A DNA stretch of 58,390 nt from Candidatus Woesearchaeota archaeon (GTDB lineage Archaea; Nanobdellota; Nanobdellia; Woesearchaeales; JAWBMQ01), in NCBI GenBank assembly GCA_038825875.1, contig JAWBOS010000005.1:1-58390 (forward strand). Direction: 5' to 3'. The stretch's first letter is position 1; each line of letters begins with the position of its first letter. Shown here piece after piece: positions 1-9,013 of the stretch. A program made the translations under genes and the position numbers. The notes beneath the pieces were generated by a model. That model was not told the DNA's origin. It made no database searches and saw only the letters and a list, made by a program, of their open reading frames with translations.

Positions 1-81
1 CTTTGATAGGTTTAATCAATCTTTTTAGATCTTAGAGAATGAATTATCTAGACATAAAAAGATTGATTAAACCTATCAAAG
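1..81. repeat. Perfect 27-bp inverted repeat (1-27 / 55-81) with 27-nt partly self-complementary spacer
   Basis: ctttgataggtttaatcaatcttttta (1-27) is the exact reverse complement of taaaaagattgattaaacctatcaaag (55-81). It may extend beyond the window edge. Confidence 0.9.
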
Positions 82-441
82 TAAAAAACCAACTAAGTAG
101 GGAATTCACAGGAGAATTAGAGATTTATTTATAAAATAAATATTATAATATTTTTTTGTCAATAATTAAATGTTTTAGTTTTTTAATATTTAAAAAATGT
201 TGATTGATTTTAGTTAATTTTACCATTTGATAATACTAATAATTTGTAATTATTTTTAAGTAATTGTTTTAATTTATAAAAATAAAATTTTAAAAAATTT
301 TAATAAAAAACTGAAACTTATTAATATTTTTTATTTAAAAAAATAAAAACTTAACAGTAATAAATTTAAACTTCATTTATTCCTATTTATTAAGAAACCA
401 TTGTCTTACTTTGGTTTGAATTAAAAAGTTAGTTAAAGATA

Positions 442-936
442 TTGGAAAAACAAATAAAAAATAACCCATTACCAAAAAATAGGATGATCAAAATGTCAAT
501 CTCCGGTAGAAAAAAACTAGAGGATTTTTTATCTTATTACGAGTCTAAACTTTACTCATCTTACAAAAAATATACCTTTGGTACTTTAGCAAATTTAGCT
601 TTTTCGTTTTTGCCAGGGTACGGTCTTGCACCACAAACTATTCTCACATATACGAACAAGAGGCAACTGGAGAATTTGGAATTAGATGATGATTTTAACT
701 TTTACTCAAAAATTAATTATATTGCAATTCCTTTTGGTTTTTTATTGTACTATTCTGTTGGTAAAGAACTTAACTATTCAAATATTGCATCTATCTTACT
801 AGGCATTCAAGGAAGTTTAGCTTTTAAGGATCTATTTGTTTATCCTTTTGTAAGGGGGTCCTCGCATATAGCAGGATTAGTTGACAAAATTAAGGAAATA
901 AAAAAAGAGATCAAGGAAAGAAATAAATTTCGGTGA
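442..936 (+). CDS. Hypothetical membrane protein
   Basis: 164-aa ORF with 2-3 hydrophobic segments. True start is possibly ATG 484 or 493 (442 is TTG). Confidence 0.6.
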   Translation: MEKQIKNNPLPKNRMIKMSISGRKKLEDFLSYYESKLYSSYKKYTFGTLANLAFSFLPGYGLAPQTILTYTNKRQLENLELDDDFNFYSKINYIAIPFGFLLYYSVGKELNYSNIASILLGIQGSLAFKDLFVYPFVRGSSHIAGLVDKIKEIKKEIKERNKFR

Positions 937-940
937 AAAG

Positions 941-2332
941 ATGCTTTTCTATTGGGGTTATTTGAGAGAAAGAGCATATGAATATAATGCTTATTTTGAT
1001 TCTAAAACAGGGCAGTTCTTTTATGAAGGGCATCACTTGTTAGGATCTGATTACAAGTTCTATAAAAACAAGATAGATAATGGAGTTTTTTTAGATGATC
1101 TTTCGGCTGTTTATGTAAATTTTGATGAATCAGTACATCTTAAGAATATATATTCTAGAAGTTTAAAGAAGATTTATAATCCTAAGAGTCTTAGAAAACT
1201 ATCAGAACTTGAAAAGATAAAGATCTTCTCTGAAGAACTTAAAAAAGAACTAAAAAAAGCTTATAAGGGTTCTAATAACTTAACAAATAATATGCAATTT
1301 TTGTTTTTTCTTCCAATAGATTTTTATTTCAGACATGGTCCCTTTGTTTGTAAGCATTACGCAAGTGCTATGGGCTGTTTGCTAGAAAAAGCAATAAATG
1401 AAGGAGTACTTAATGGAGATTTAAGTTTAGAAACAAATTATTTGGTTACAGATTCCATTCAGGGACATGCATGGATTAGATATAAAAATAACCACGGCAC
1501 ATTCATCATTGACTTAGCAAATAATAAAATTCAAAGCTTAGAAAAAAATATTGAAAATGAAAAGAGAATTGAAAAAAAAGAGAATTTAGAAAACAAACTC
1601 AAAAGATTAGATGTTGAAGTTGTTGAAAAGATATTAAAATATGAATACTGGGATTATAAAAGACCTGAAGAGAGTAGAGAGTTTAGAGAATACTATGAAT
1701 TTATAGATTTCTTAAGAGATAAAGGTTATCAAGTAATACGAAGATTTTCTCCAATAAAGAGTAGAATTTATGTTAATCCTTGGTCAAATTTTGGAATTTA
1801 TGTTGACGATCATGTTCTTCTTAAAAGGATTCATTCTATTATTTCATCAAAAGAATACAAAAATACATTAGAACTGCTAAAGGATTTGTTTACGACTTTC
1901 AACAATGTTTTAGCGGTTAGTTTTTATAATCCAATGGAGCATAAAAATAAAAACTTAAATGTTAAATTTCAAATCCACAATGATCAAGAACTTGAAAAAA
2001 AGGAATATAGTTTAAAAGCAAGAGGGTTTTTGAATCATGACTCTTTTTATGTAGTTAAATTGAGTGATTTAATAAATGCTGGAATTATCACATTGGAATC
2101 ATATTATTTGATGCTTTCATCAATCTTAGAAACATTAAAAAAAGATAAGAAATTTAAGAACCTCTTGAGGGGAGATATAGTAATAGAAAGAGATGATGTT
2201 ACTAGGTATAGGGGATACTGTTTCATGAGAATTTTTGATAATAAGAGGTATGTAATTGATTTGATGGCTGATTGTTGTTCAATAGAAAATAATAAAAAAT
2301 TACCACATTGGATTCTTACTAACGAATACTAA
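941..2332 (+). CDS. Tandem transglutaminase/papain-fold (EDR1-like) domain protein; first domain has a Cys-His-Asp triad, second is degenerate
   Basis: FVCKHYA (C137), GHAWIRY (H176), FIIDLA (D191). The C-terminal half realigns (LLRGDIVIERD...RGYCFMR...YVIDLM). GGTGA SD upstream. Confidence 0.6.
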   Translation: MLFYWGYLRERAYEYNAYFDSKTGQFFYEGHHLLGSDYKFYKNKIDNGVFLDDLSAVYVNFDESVHLKNIYSRSLKKIYNPKSLRKLSELEKIKIFSEELKKELKKAYKGSNNLTNNMQFLFFLPIDFYFRHGPFVCKHYASAMGCLLEKAINEGVLNGDLSLETNYLVTDSIQGHAWIRYKNNHGTFIIDLANNKIQSLEKNIENEKRIEKKENLENKLKRLDVEVVEKILKYEYWDYKRPEESREFREYYEFIDFLRDKGYQVIRRFSPIKSRIYVNPWSNFGIYVDDHVLLKRIHSIISSKEYKNTLELLKDLFTTFNNVLAVSFYNPMEHKNKNLNVKFQIHNDQELEKKEYSLKARGFLNHDSFYVVKLSDLINAGIITLESYYLMLSSILETLKKDKKFKNLLRGDIVIERDDVTRYRGYCFMRIFDNKRYVIDLMADCCSIENNKKLPHWILTNEY

Positions 2333-2386
2333 AAAATAGTAAAAAAATATATAAATGAAAAATGTTATTAAATTTTGGTGATTACA

Positions 2387-2791
2387 ATGGATGAAAATTT
2401 CCAAAATACCCAAAAAAATAAAGAGGAGCCAGTACAAAGCTCTGGAAAAGATATGGATTTGGAAAGTGCAGTAAAAAAAGCTTGGGCAGGAACAGCCGTA
2501 CTTGGAGCGTCAGTATTTTTTATGCCACCAATAATATATCTGCCAGTAGGAATTGGTATTTCAACCTACACTTCTAGGTTGGCAAAGAATTATTTTGATA
2601 GTGACTTTTACAAGAAGTATGCTGCCACAAAAGGAATAACCTTTGGAGTAACATATTTGTTATCATCACTATCTCTAAATCAATACATAGAGGATCCTAT
2701 CAAATTTTTTATCAGTGGAGGAATTTCTTTATTGCTCTCAGAAATTTTTGGAAGTGCATTAATGACCAAAGAAAAATCATCATACAGATAA
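2387..2791 (+). CDS. Hypothetical small multi-pass membrane protein
   Basis: 3-4 hydrophobic helices. GGTGA SD precedes ATG 2387. Confidence 0.65.
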   Translation: MDENFQNTQKNKEEPVQSSGKDMDLESAVKKAWAGTAVLGASVFFMPPIIYLPVGIGISTYTSRLAKNYFDSDFYKKYAATKGITFGVTYLLSSLSLNQYIEDPIKFFISGGISLLLSEIFGSALMTKEKSSYR

Positions 2792-2798
2792 GTTCAAT

Positions 2799-3782
2799 TT
2801 AATTAACTTTTTGTTTTATTTTTTTTATGTTTTCTAGTGTGGTTTTTAGAATTCTTTCTTCAGCTTCTTTACTATAAAATGCAATATGTGGTGTATAGAT
2901 AACATTTTCAAAAGATAGCAGAACGTGATTTTTTGCAATTTGTGAAATTTCCTTAAATTTTTCAGGATGTTTAATTATTTCCTTTTCTTCCTTTAATAGA
3001 TCCTCTCCCTCAAGCACATCCAATCCAACGCCTGAAAGGATTCTGTTTTCTAAAGCATAGATTAATGCATCTGTTTCAACAACACTTCCTCTAGAAGTAT
3101 TAATTAATATGGATCCCCTTTTAAACATTTTTATATTATTCATATTTATCAAATGATAAGTTTCTGGAGTTAAGGGCACATGTAATGTTATTATGTCTGA
3201 ATTTGATAATAAGTATTCTAACTCAACATATCTAAAATCTAGAATTTCTTTTGCCAAATCATTTCTGTACGTATCATATGCTAAAACTCCCATACCAAAT
3301 CCTTTTGCAATTCTTATTACATGTAATCCTATTTTTCCAGTACCAACAACACCTATCGTTTTTCCATATAAATCAAATCCTTCAAGTCCTCTTATATCAA
3401 AATTTCCAGAAATGGTTCTACTAAATGCTTTATGCACATTTCTACTTAGGTTTAGAATAAGAGCAAATGTGTGCTCTGCTACTGTATTTGAACCGTAGGA
3501 AGACACATTATACACAGAAATGTTTCTCAGATTTGCATAATTTGTGTCAATGTGATCTATTCCTGTACTTCTTGTAACAATTGCTTTTAAATTTGGTAAA
3601 GCATCAATTACATCACTTGTGATTTTTGAATAAATGAATACGCAAAGGATTTCTGTATCTCTAATTTCTTCAAGGTCTTCTTTTTGGAGATGTCTTGAGA
3701 AGAAAAGAAGATCTTCATTTCCCAACTCTTTTTTGAAAAATTCTATTTCTTTATCATCAACCTCAAAAAAGGTAATTTTCAT
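2799..3782 (-). CDS. ldhA: D-lactate / D-2-hydroxyacid dehydrogenase
   Basis: TRSTGIDHID, VAEHTFAL, GVVGTGKIG, LINTSRG, LDVLEGE, TPHIAFYS. Start reassigned to MKITFFEV (3782) with a TATA-like box ~25 nt upstream. Confidence 0.9.
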   Translation of the reverse strand: MKITFFEVDDKEIEFFKKELGNEDLLFFSRHLQKEDLEEIRDTEILCVFIYSKITSDVIDALPNLKAIVTRSTGIDHIDTNYANLRNISVYNVSSYGSNTVAEHTFALILNLSRNVHKAFSRTISGNFDIRGLEGFDLYGKTIGVVGTGKIGLHVIRIAKGFGMGVLAYDTYRNDLAKEILDFRYVELEYLLSNSDIITLHVPLTPETYHLINMNNIKMFKRGSILINTSRGSVVETDALIYALENRILSGVGLDVLEGEDLLKEEKEIIKHPEKFKEISQIAKNHVLLSFENVIYTPHIAFYSKEAEERILKTTLENIKKIKQKVN

Positions 3783-3834
3783 AAAAATATCTCTAGTTTT
3801 TGTTATATATATTTTTTTTGAATCCTTAAGATTT

Positions 3835-5055
3835 TCATAACTTTCCAAGTGCTATATTGTCATTCAATCTCACAATCTTTACCTTTTGAGAAGAACCCAA
3901 TTTTACATTCTTGAATGAATCATTTACGACAGTCATAATTCTATCCTTGTATTGTGCTATGAACTCATTCATCATTCTACCTGGAAAAATAATCTTTACT
4001 TCAATTTCATCGCCAATGTTAAATATATTTCTTGGCTTGTAGTCTTTTATAATATTTTCAAACATATGATCGCCTTTATATGCAACTTTTTCAATCAACC
4101 AATTATAAAAATTTTGAAATTCTTCCCATGTTTTTTCCTTTAGTTTTCTCCCAAATTTGTGCCTAACATAATTCTGTAATCCAAAACCAAGATTATACTT
4201 CTTGCATAATTCTAACACCTCTACAAGATCAAGATCGTTTATTCCTGGAAGCCAAACAGGTGTTAGGATAATATTCATTTTTTTGTGATACTCCTCAATA
4301 AACTTGACCACTCGATTAACATTAAAATTTGATCCTGCAAGTTGTTTATACTTTGCATCATCTAGTGTATCTAGAGATAGATTAATTTGATCTAATCCCG
4401 CTAGAAGTAATTCATCCATCAATCTATAATTCCAAAATGGCAATCTAGTGGTAATAGCAATCTTTTTTACTTTTTTTATTCTTTTAAGCCCTTTTATGAA
4501 ATCAGTTAATTTTGAATAGAGCAATGTTTCTCCCTGAGGATTTATAAAGATAAAGACATCATTTACTTTTTCTCTTATAAATTCTTCAACATATCTTATG
4601 AAGTAATTATAATCAACCACAAAATCCCTTTTTCGTTTATTTGATTTTTCCTCATTAACCGAGCAGTGTAAACAGTCAAAAACACATCCATTAATAGGTC
4701 TTAATTCAACAACGTTTGTTCCTCTATCTACAATCCCAAATCCCAAAATTCCAAATAATGGCACTGGTTCAGTAACATAATATGCATCTCTTCCATTTAT
4801 CTCGTTTTTAAGAGGAAAATAGTGATTTAATCTGAACTTTAGAAATTCTGCAAACTGATTAGGATCAATTATTTCTTTAGCTTCGATTATGAGGTTTCCA
4901 TTTGAGATATTTTTTAAAATCCCATTGAATTTTTTTAGAATACTATTTAAATCTTCAATTGGCATTGATGTTGTAAAGTAGTTGTAGAGGTATATTTTTA
5001 TACAATCATTCTTAAAATGAAATTTGAATTCGTCTAATGAAATTTCTTGTTCCAT
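3835..5055 (-). CDS. Radical SAM protein with C-terminal TRAM domain (conserved archaeal COG2100-like family)
   Basis: GIVDRGTNVVELRPINGCVFDCLHCSV (CxxxCxxC). C-terminal IGDEIEVKIIFPGR...KVKIVRLNDNIALG is TRAM-like. Confidence 0.85.
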   Translation of the reverse strand: MEQEISLDEFKFHFKNDCIKIYLYNYFTTSMPIEDLNSILKKFNGILKNISNGNLIIEAKEIIDPNQFAEFLKFRLNHYFPLKNEINGRDAYYVTEPVPLFGILGFGIVDRGTNVVELRPINGCVFDCLHCSVNEEKSNKRKRDFVVDYNYFIRYVEEFIREKVNDVFIFINPQGETLLYSKLTDFIKGLKRIKKVKKIAITTRLPFWNYRLMDELLLAGLDQINLSLDTLDDAKYKQLAGSNFNVNRVVKFIEEYHKKMNIILTPVWLPGINDLDLVEVLELCKKYNLGFGLQNYVRHKFGRKLKEKTWEEFQNFYNWLIEKVAYKGDHMFENIIKDYKPRNIFNIGDEIEVKIIFPGRMMNEFIAQYKDRIMTVVNDSFKNVKLGSSQKVKIVRLNDNIALGKL

Positions 5056-5139
5056 AGTTATTATTTAAGAAAATAATGCTCATTTAAAAAAGATACTTAA
5101 CAAAAACTATTTAAAAGGTTTGATCTTTCTGGAAATGGA

Positions 5140-5778
5140 ATGGATGAGTCTAAAATAGAGATAACCTTCGAGAAATTAATGGATCTCTATCGAAGAGAAA
5201 AAAATAATCCAAATCTAGAAGAACTACCATCAGATTTCTACCAGAGGGTTTTAGAGTACTTAAAATTAAAGGAAAGCGAGATAAAAACTTCTTCCTCAGA
5301 AAGTGAATTGTTTTTAGATGAAAATGAAATTAAAGAGCAGAGACAATATTCAAATGCTAAAAAGATAATTTCTAAAATATATGAGTTAAGAGAGAGCAAA
5401 ATTGTTGAAATGGCAAAAAATAAGGCACTTTCAAAAAATATAATCATAAATACCACTAATATGTTAGATTATGAAAAACAATTATTTAATTACCTATTGG
5501 GCGTATTTTCATTATTCAGAGAAAATATTCTTGAAAGAGTTCTATCATTGAAAGAACCAATTCTTTCACTTCAGTTAGATATAAATTATAATGAAAAGCA
5601 AGAGATAAAACTAAAGAGAAAAGTAAAAGTACAATTCCTTACTCCCATACCTGAATTTATAGATGCAGAAGGAAAAAAATATGGGCCTTATTTAGAAAAT
5701 GAGATTGACATCTTACCAGAAGACATAGCAGAAATTCTTATAAAGAAAAAGAAATGTATTCCTTTTGATCAAAAATGA
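5140..5778 (+). CDS. gins15: GINS complex subunit, GINS15 (A-domain then B-domain) type
   Basis: N-terminal LYRREK...LEELPSDFYQRVLEYL, ELRESKIV. C-terminal B domain IPEFIDAEGKKYGPY...LPEDIAEILI. Confidence 0.85.
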   Translation: MDESKIEITFEKLMDLYRREKNNPNLEELPSDFYQRVLEYLKLKESEIKTSSSESELFLDENEIKEQRQYSNAKKIISKIYELRESKIVEMAKNKALSKNIIINTTNMLDYEKQLFNYLLGVFSLFRENILERVLSLKEPILSLQLDINYNEKQEIKLKRKVKVQFLTPIPEFIDAEGKKYGPYLENEIDILPEDIAEILIKKKKCIPFDQK

Positions 5779-7262
5779 TTCAAAAGAATAAAAGAATTCT
5801 TGAACTAAAAAATTATACAAATGATAGTATATTAAATTTAGTTCTAGACACATTAGAAAGAGGAAAGCAAATAATAATTTTCGTTAATTCAAAAAGAAAT
5901 GCAGAATCCTTAGCAAAAAGAATTAGTTTTTATTTGAAAGATTTTCTCTCTGAAGAAATTAAAAGTTATTTAAAAGAAATAGCTGAAAAAATAAAAAACG
6001 TTTTAGATATCCCAACAGAACAATGCACAGTTTTGAGTGAATGTGTACAATATGGAGTAGCATTTCATCATTCAGGATTGCTGTCAGAACAAAGAGCAAT
6101 GATAGAGAATGAATTTAAAAAAGGGAACATAAAAGTTATTGTTTGTACACCTACATTATCAGCAGGCATAAATCTGCCAGCATATAGAGTTCTTATTAAA
6201 GAAATCTATAGATTTGATAATACAATTAAACCTATTTCTCGAATGGAATTTCATCAAATGGCTGGTCGAGCAGGTAGACCAGATTATGAAAAAGAAGGCG
6301 AAGCAATAGTGCTAAGTGATAATGAGGATTTTGTATATAATAATTATATAAACAAGGATCCTGAGGAGATAATTTCTAAAATTTCTGTAGAAACAAAATT
6401 AAGATCAATTATACTTTCATTATGTTGCAAATATACTTCTACTAAAGAAATATATAATTTTATGCAAAATACATTTTTCGCACATCAATATGGTGATTTT
6501 TCAATGTTAAAAAATAAAATATTGAGCATTTTAAGAGAACTTCATAAGATGAATTTTATAAGAATTAATAAAGATCACATTCAAAAAGAGTTTATTCCAA
6601 GCAATGAAATAACAGACAATTTTTTGTTTGTTCCAACAGAACTTGGAAGAAGAGTTAATGATCTTTATCTTGATCCATACACAGCAGCAAATATTGTTAA
6701 ATTTTTTAGCAGAAATGATAAAAATTTAGTTCTATATCTCTATACTTTGACTCAATCATACGAGTTGCTTCCTTTGTTTTCAGTTTCAAAAAAAGAAGAG
6801 GAAAACTTAATTTCTTTTATGTTACAGAATGAACTTCCACTAGAAGATACTGATTCTATTCAGCAAGCAAAATTTGTTATGATTCTTCTTGATTGGATCA
6901 ATGAAAAATCGGAGAGATTAATAGAAGAGGAATATAATGTAAGACCTGGAGAATTGAAAAGCAAACTAGAAATTATTGAATGGTTAGGTTATGCGTCAGA
7001 AGAAATTTCTAAGATTGTTAATCCAGAATTTTATAGTTTTTTAAAGATAATTAATCTTAGATTAAAATACGGAGTAAAAGATGAATTAGTTGAACTTTGC
7101 GCATTAAAGTATATTGGAAGAATGAGAAGTAGACAGCTTTATGAGGTAGGCATAAAAAATGTCAAGGATTTGCTTTTGAAACAGTCCTCTGCAAGGAAAG
7201 TACTTGGTAAGTTTTATGATTTGGTCTTAAAAGAAAATAATTTATATTTGTCTAAACAATAA
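5775..7262 (+). CDS. hel308: Hel308/Ski2-like SF2 helicase lacking the N-terminal RecA1 (Walker A/B) domain
   Basis: Motif IV IIFVNSKRNAE, IVa GVAFHHSGL, V TPTLSAGINLPA, VI QMAGRAGRP; winged helix, ratchet and HLH (IGRMRSRQLYEVG) present. No GKT or DExH. ATGA overlap with GINS15. Confidence 0.85.
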   Translation: MIQKNKRILELKNYTNDSILNLVLDTLERGKQIIIFVNSKRNAESLAKRISFYLKDFLSEEIKSYLKEIAEKIKNVLDIPTEQCTVLSECVQYGVAFHHSGLLSEQRAMIENEFKKGNIKVIVCTPTLSAGINLPAYRVLIKEIYRFDNTIKPISRMEFHQMAGRAGRPDYEKEGEAIVLSDNEDFVYNNYINKDPEEIISKISVETKLRSIILSLCCKYTSTKEIYNFMQNTFFAHQYGDFSMLKNKILSILRELHKMNFIRINKDHIQKEFIPSNEITDNFLFVPTELGRRVNDLYLDPYTAANIVKFFSRNDKNLVLYLYTLTQSYELLPLFSVSKKEEENLISFMLQNELPLEDTDSIQQAKFVMILLDWINEKSERLIEEEYNVRPGELKSKLEIIEWLGYASEEISKIVNPEFYSFLKIINLRLKYGVKDELVELCALKYIGRMRSRQLYEVGIKNVKDLLLKQSSARKVLGKFYDLVLKENNLYLSKQ

Positions 7263-8060
7263 ATGAATATGAAAATTCACTATATAATTCCTAAGCAAAA
7301 ATTTGATGATTCTGAAATTGAAAACATAAAGCACGAATTACTAAAAATTGATTCTAAAAAATTAAATATTTTTTATTCTTATCAATATGAAAACTTATAC
7401 AAGATTATACGTGAATTTCTAAAAGACAAAAATATAATTTCATTGGAATCAATTCATAGTAAAAAGGAAAACGTGATATTAGGTTGTGATTTTTTTAAGT
7501 TGGATTACGATGTACTTGCTATTGTTGAAAATAATTTTCATCTTATTCCAGTTTTGCATTCTTCAGTAAGGAAAGCTAGGAATATTTATTTTCTTAATCC
7601 CCTAATACAAAAATTAGAAAAAATAGAATTTATCAAAGATATCAAATGTAAGAAGTATTTCTTTGATTTAAGTCCATCTTTTTACAGTAAATTTTACCTA
7701 AATCAACTTGAAAGAAAAAAATTTCAGATAAAGTATTCTGATTTAGTATCTTATGCGGAAAAAGAGATTAGAAAAATAATACTAAAATTAATCAATGAAA
7801 AAAATATTGCAGTAATAATTTCATCCAAAATTGGTCAAAAAAATTTTTTAATTTATTATAAATTAAAATCCTTGTTCGAAAAAACAGACAAGTTGTTGAT
7901 TCCCATAATTTTTGACAAAATTGAGGACTTAGAAAACTTTTATCCTATAAAACTATTTATCAATACTGCCTGTCCTAGAATAGCAGAAGACCATGAAAAT
8001 GTAATTAATGCCTATGATTTGATAAAGATAATTGAAAATGAAAAATTACACTTTGATTAA
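7263..8060 (+). CDS. dph2: Diphthamide synthesis Dph2-like protein, N-terminally truncated
   Basis: VILGCDF, IISSKIGQ and INTACPRI motifs. The first Fe-S Cys motif (YGACD) is absent; 265 aa. Confidence 0.7.
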   Translation: MNMKIHYIIPKQKFDDSEIENIKHELLKIDSKKLNIFYSYQYENLYKIIREFLKDKNIISLESIHSKKENVILGCDFFKLDYDVLAIVENNFHLIPVLHSSVRKARNIYFLNPLIQKLEKIEFIKDIKCKKYFFDLSPSFYSKFYLNQLERKKFQIKYSDLVSYAEKEIRKIILKLINEKNIAVIISSKIGQKNFLIYYKLKSLFEKTDKLLIPIIFDKIEDLENFYPIKLFINTACPRIAEDHENVINAYDLIKIIENEKLHFD

Positions 8061-8061
8061 G

Positions 8062-9009
8062 TTAATTTGAAATACATTTAAAATTTTTTAGATTCTCTAA
8101 AACTAAATTTTTGATTTTTTCACTAGTTCTAATTATGTCAATTTTTTTCAACATTTTTATGAAAACATCAGAAATCATTGAATTTTCTCTTTTCCTTATT
8201 TCAAAAGAAATACTTGATATATTTATACATTGATTTTTACAATTGGAATATTCACTTATTGCTTTGATAGTGTAAATTGAAAGATTAAAGTAATGATCTA
8301 AATACTTAGAATAATCTCCTAAAAAGAAATTCGGATTTTTTGGATATTTTTCAAACGAAATATTTGTTCCACATTCAACATTAACGTTATTAATTATTTC
8401 TAACATTGAGATTTCATTTCTTTGTAAGAATTGATTCAAGTTATTGTATATAATTCCTAAGGTAATAAATCCAAAAATGCTAAACATCATTGTATTTTTT
8501 ATCAAAAAAAATGCAGCATATCTCAATAAGAATTTTATATGTTTCTTTTCTGGTCTTAAAATTATTAAACTCAGAGAAAAAAATACTATCGAAAATATTA
8601 TTGCACTTAAAAAGAAATAGTAAAAAAATATTTCAAAAAAAGACAATTGAAAAAATGGTAAAAAATTTAGTGCGGCAAAACAGCATAAGACAGATATCAC
8701 AATTATATGAAAAAATATGAAATATGCTCTACTAAATAGGGGATTTGTTATGATCAACATCATTAAAAATGATGTAATTAAGTAAATAATAACCGAATAC
8801 GGAGCAAGATTTAGAAAAAACACGATGAAAAAATTTGAAATTGTAAAAACAATAAAAGGATTTTTTCGAGAAAAGATATATGTAGATATAAACATTAGAT
8901 TGAAAATCAAAAAAACAAGTTTATTAATAAATAAGAACTGTAAAAAAAGTGAAAGTAAAATAATAAAGTAAATATCAATGTTTTTTAGTTTTTTATTTGA
9001 TTTTTTCAT
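8062..9009 (-). CDS. Hypothetical multi-pass membrane protein with Cys-containing C-terminal domain
   Basis: About 6 hydrophobic helices followed by a soluble domain. Confidence 0.6.
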   Translation of the reverse strand: MKKSNKKLKNIDIYFIILLSLFLQFLFINKLVFLIFNLMFISTYIFSRKNPFIVFTISNFFIVFFLNLAPYSVIIYLITSFLMMLIITNPLFSRAYFIFFHIIVISVLCCFAALNFLPFFQLSFFEIFFYYFFLSAIIFSIVFFSLSLIILRPEKKHIKFLLRYAAFFLIKNTMMFSIFGFITLGIIYNNLNQFLQRNEISMLEIINNVNVECGTNISFEKYPKNPNFFLGDYSKYLDHYFNLSIYTIKAISEYSNCKNQCINISSISFEIRKRENSMISDVFIKMLKKIDIIRTSEKIKNLVLENLKNFKCISN

Positions 9010-9013
9010 GGGG

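Noticed and set aside
135-420. Extremely AT-rich non-coding tract as replication origin
   Set aside because: No ORB/G-string repeats recognised and no cdc6 in the window. It cannot be supported, though context left of the window is unknown.
3783-3848. N-terminal extension of D-LDH (track start 3848)
   Set aside because: It overlaps the radical SAM gene and spans a TATA-like promoter. Homology begins at MKITFF.
5761-5790. Programmed -1 frameshift fusing GINS15 to the Hel308 fragment
   Set aside because: No canonical slippery heptamer or stimulatory structure. An ATGA overlap is ordinary translational coupling seen elsewhere in this window.
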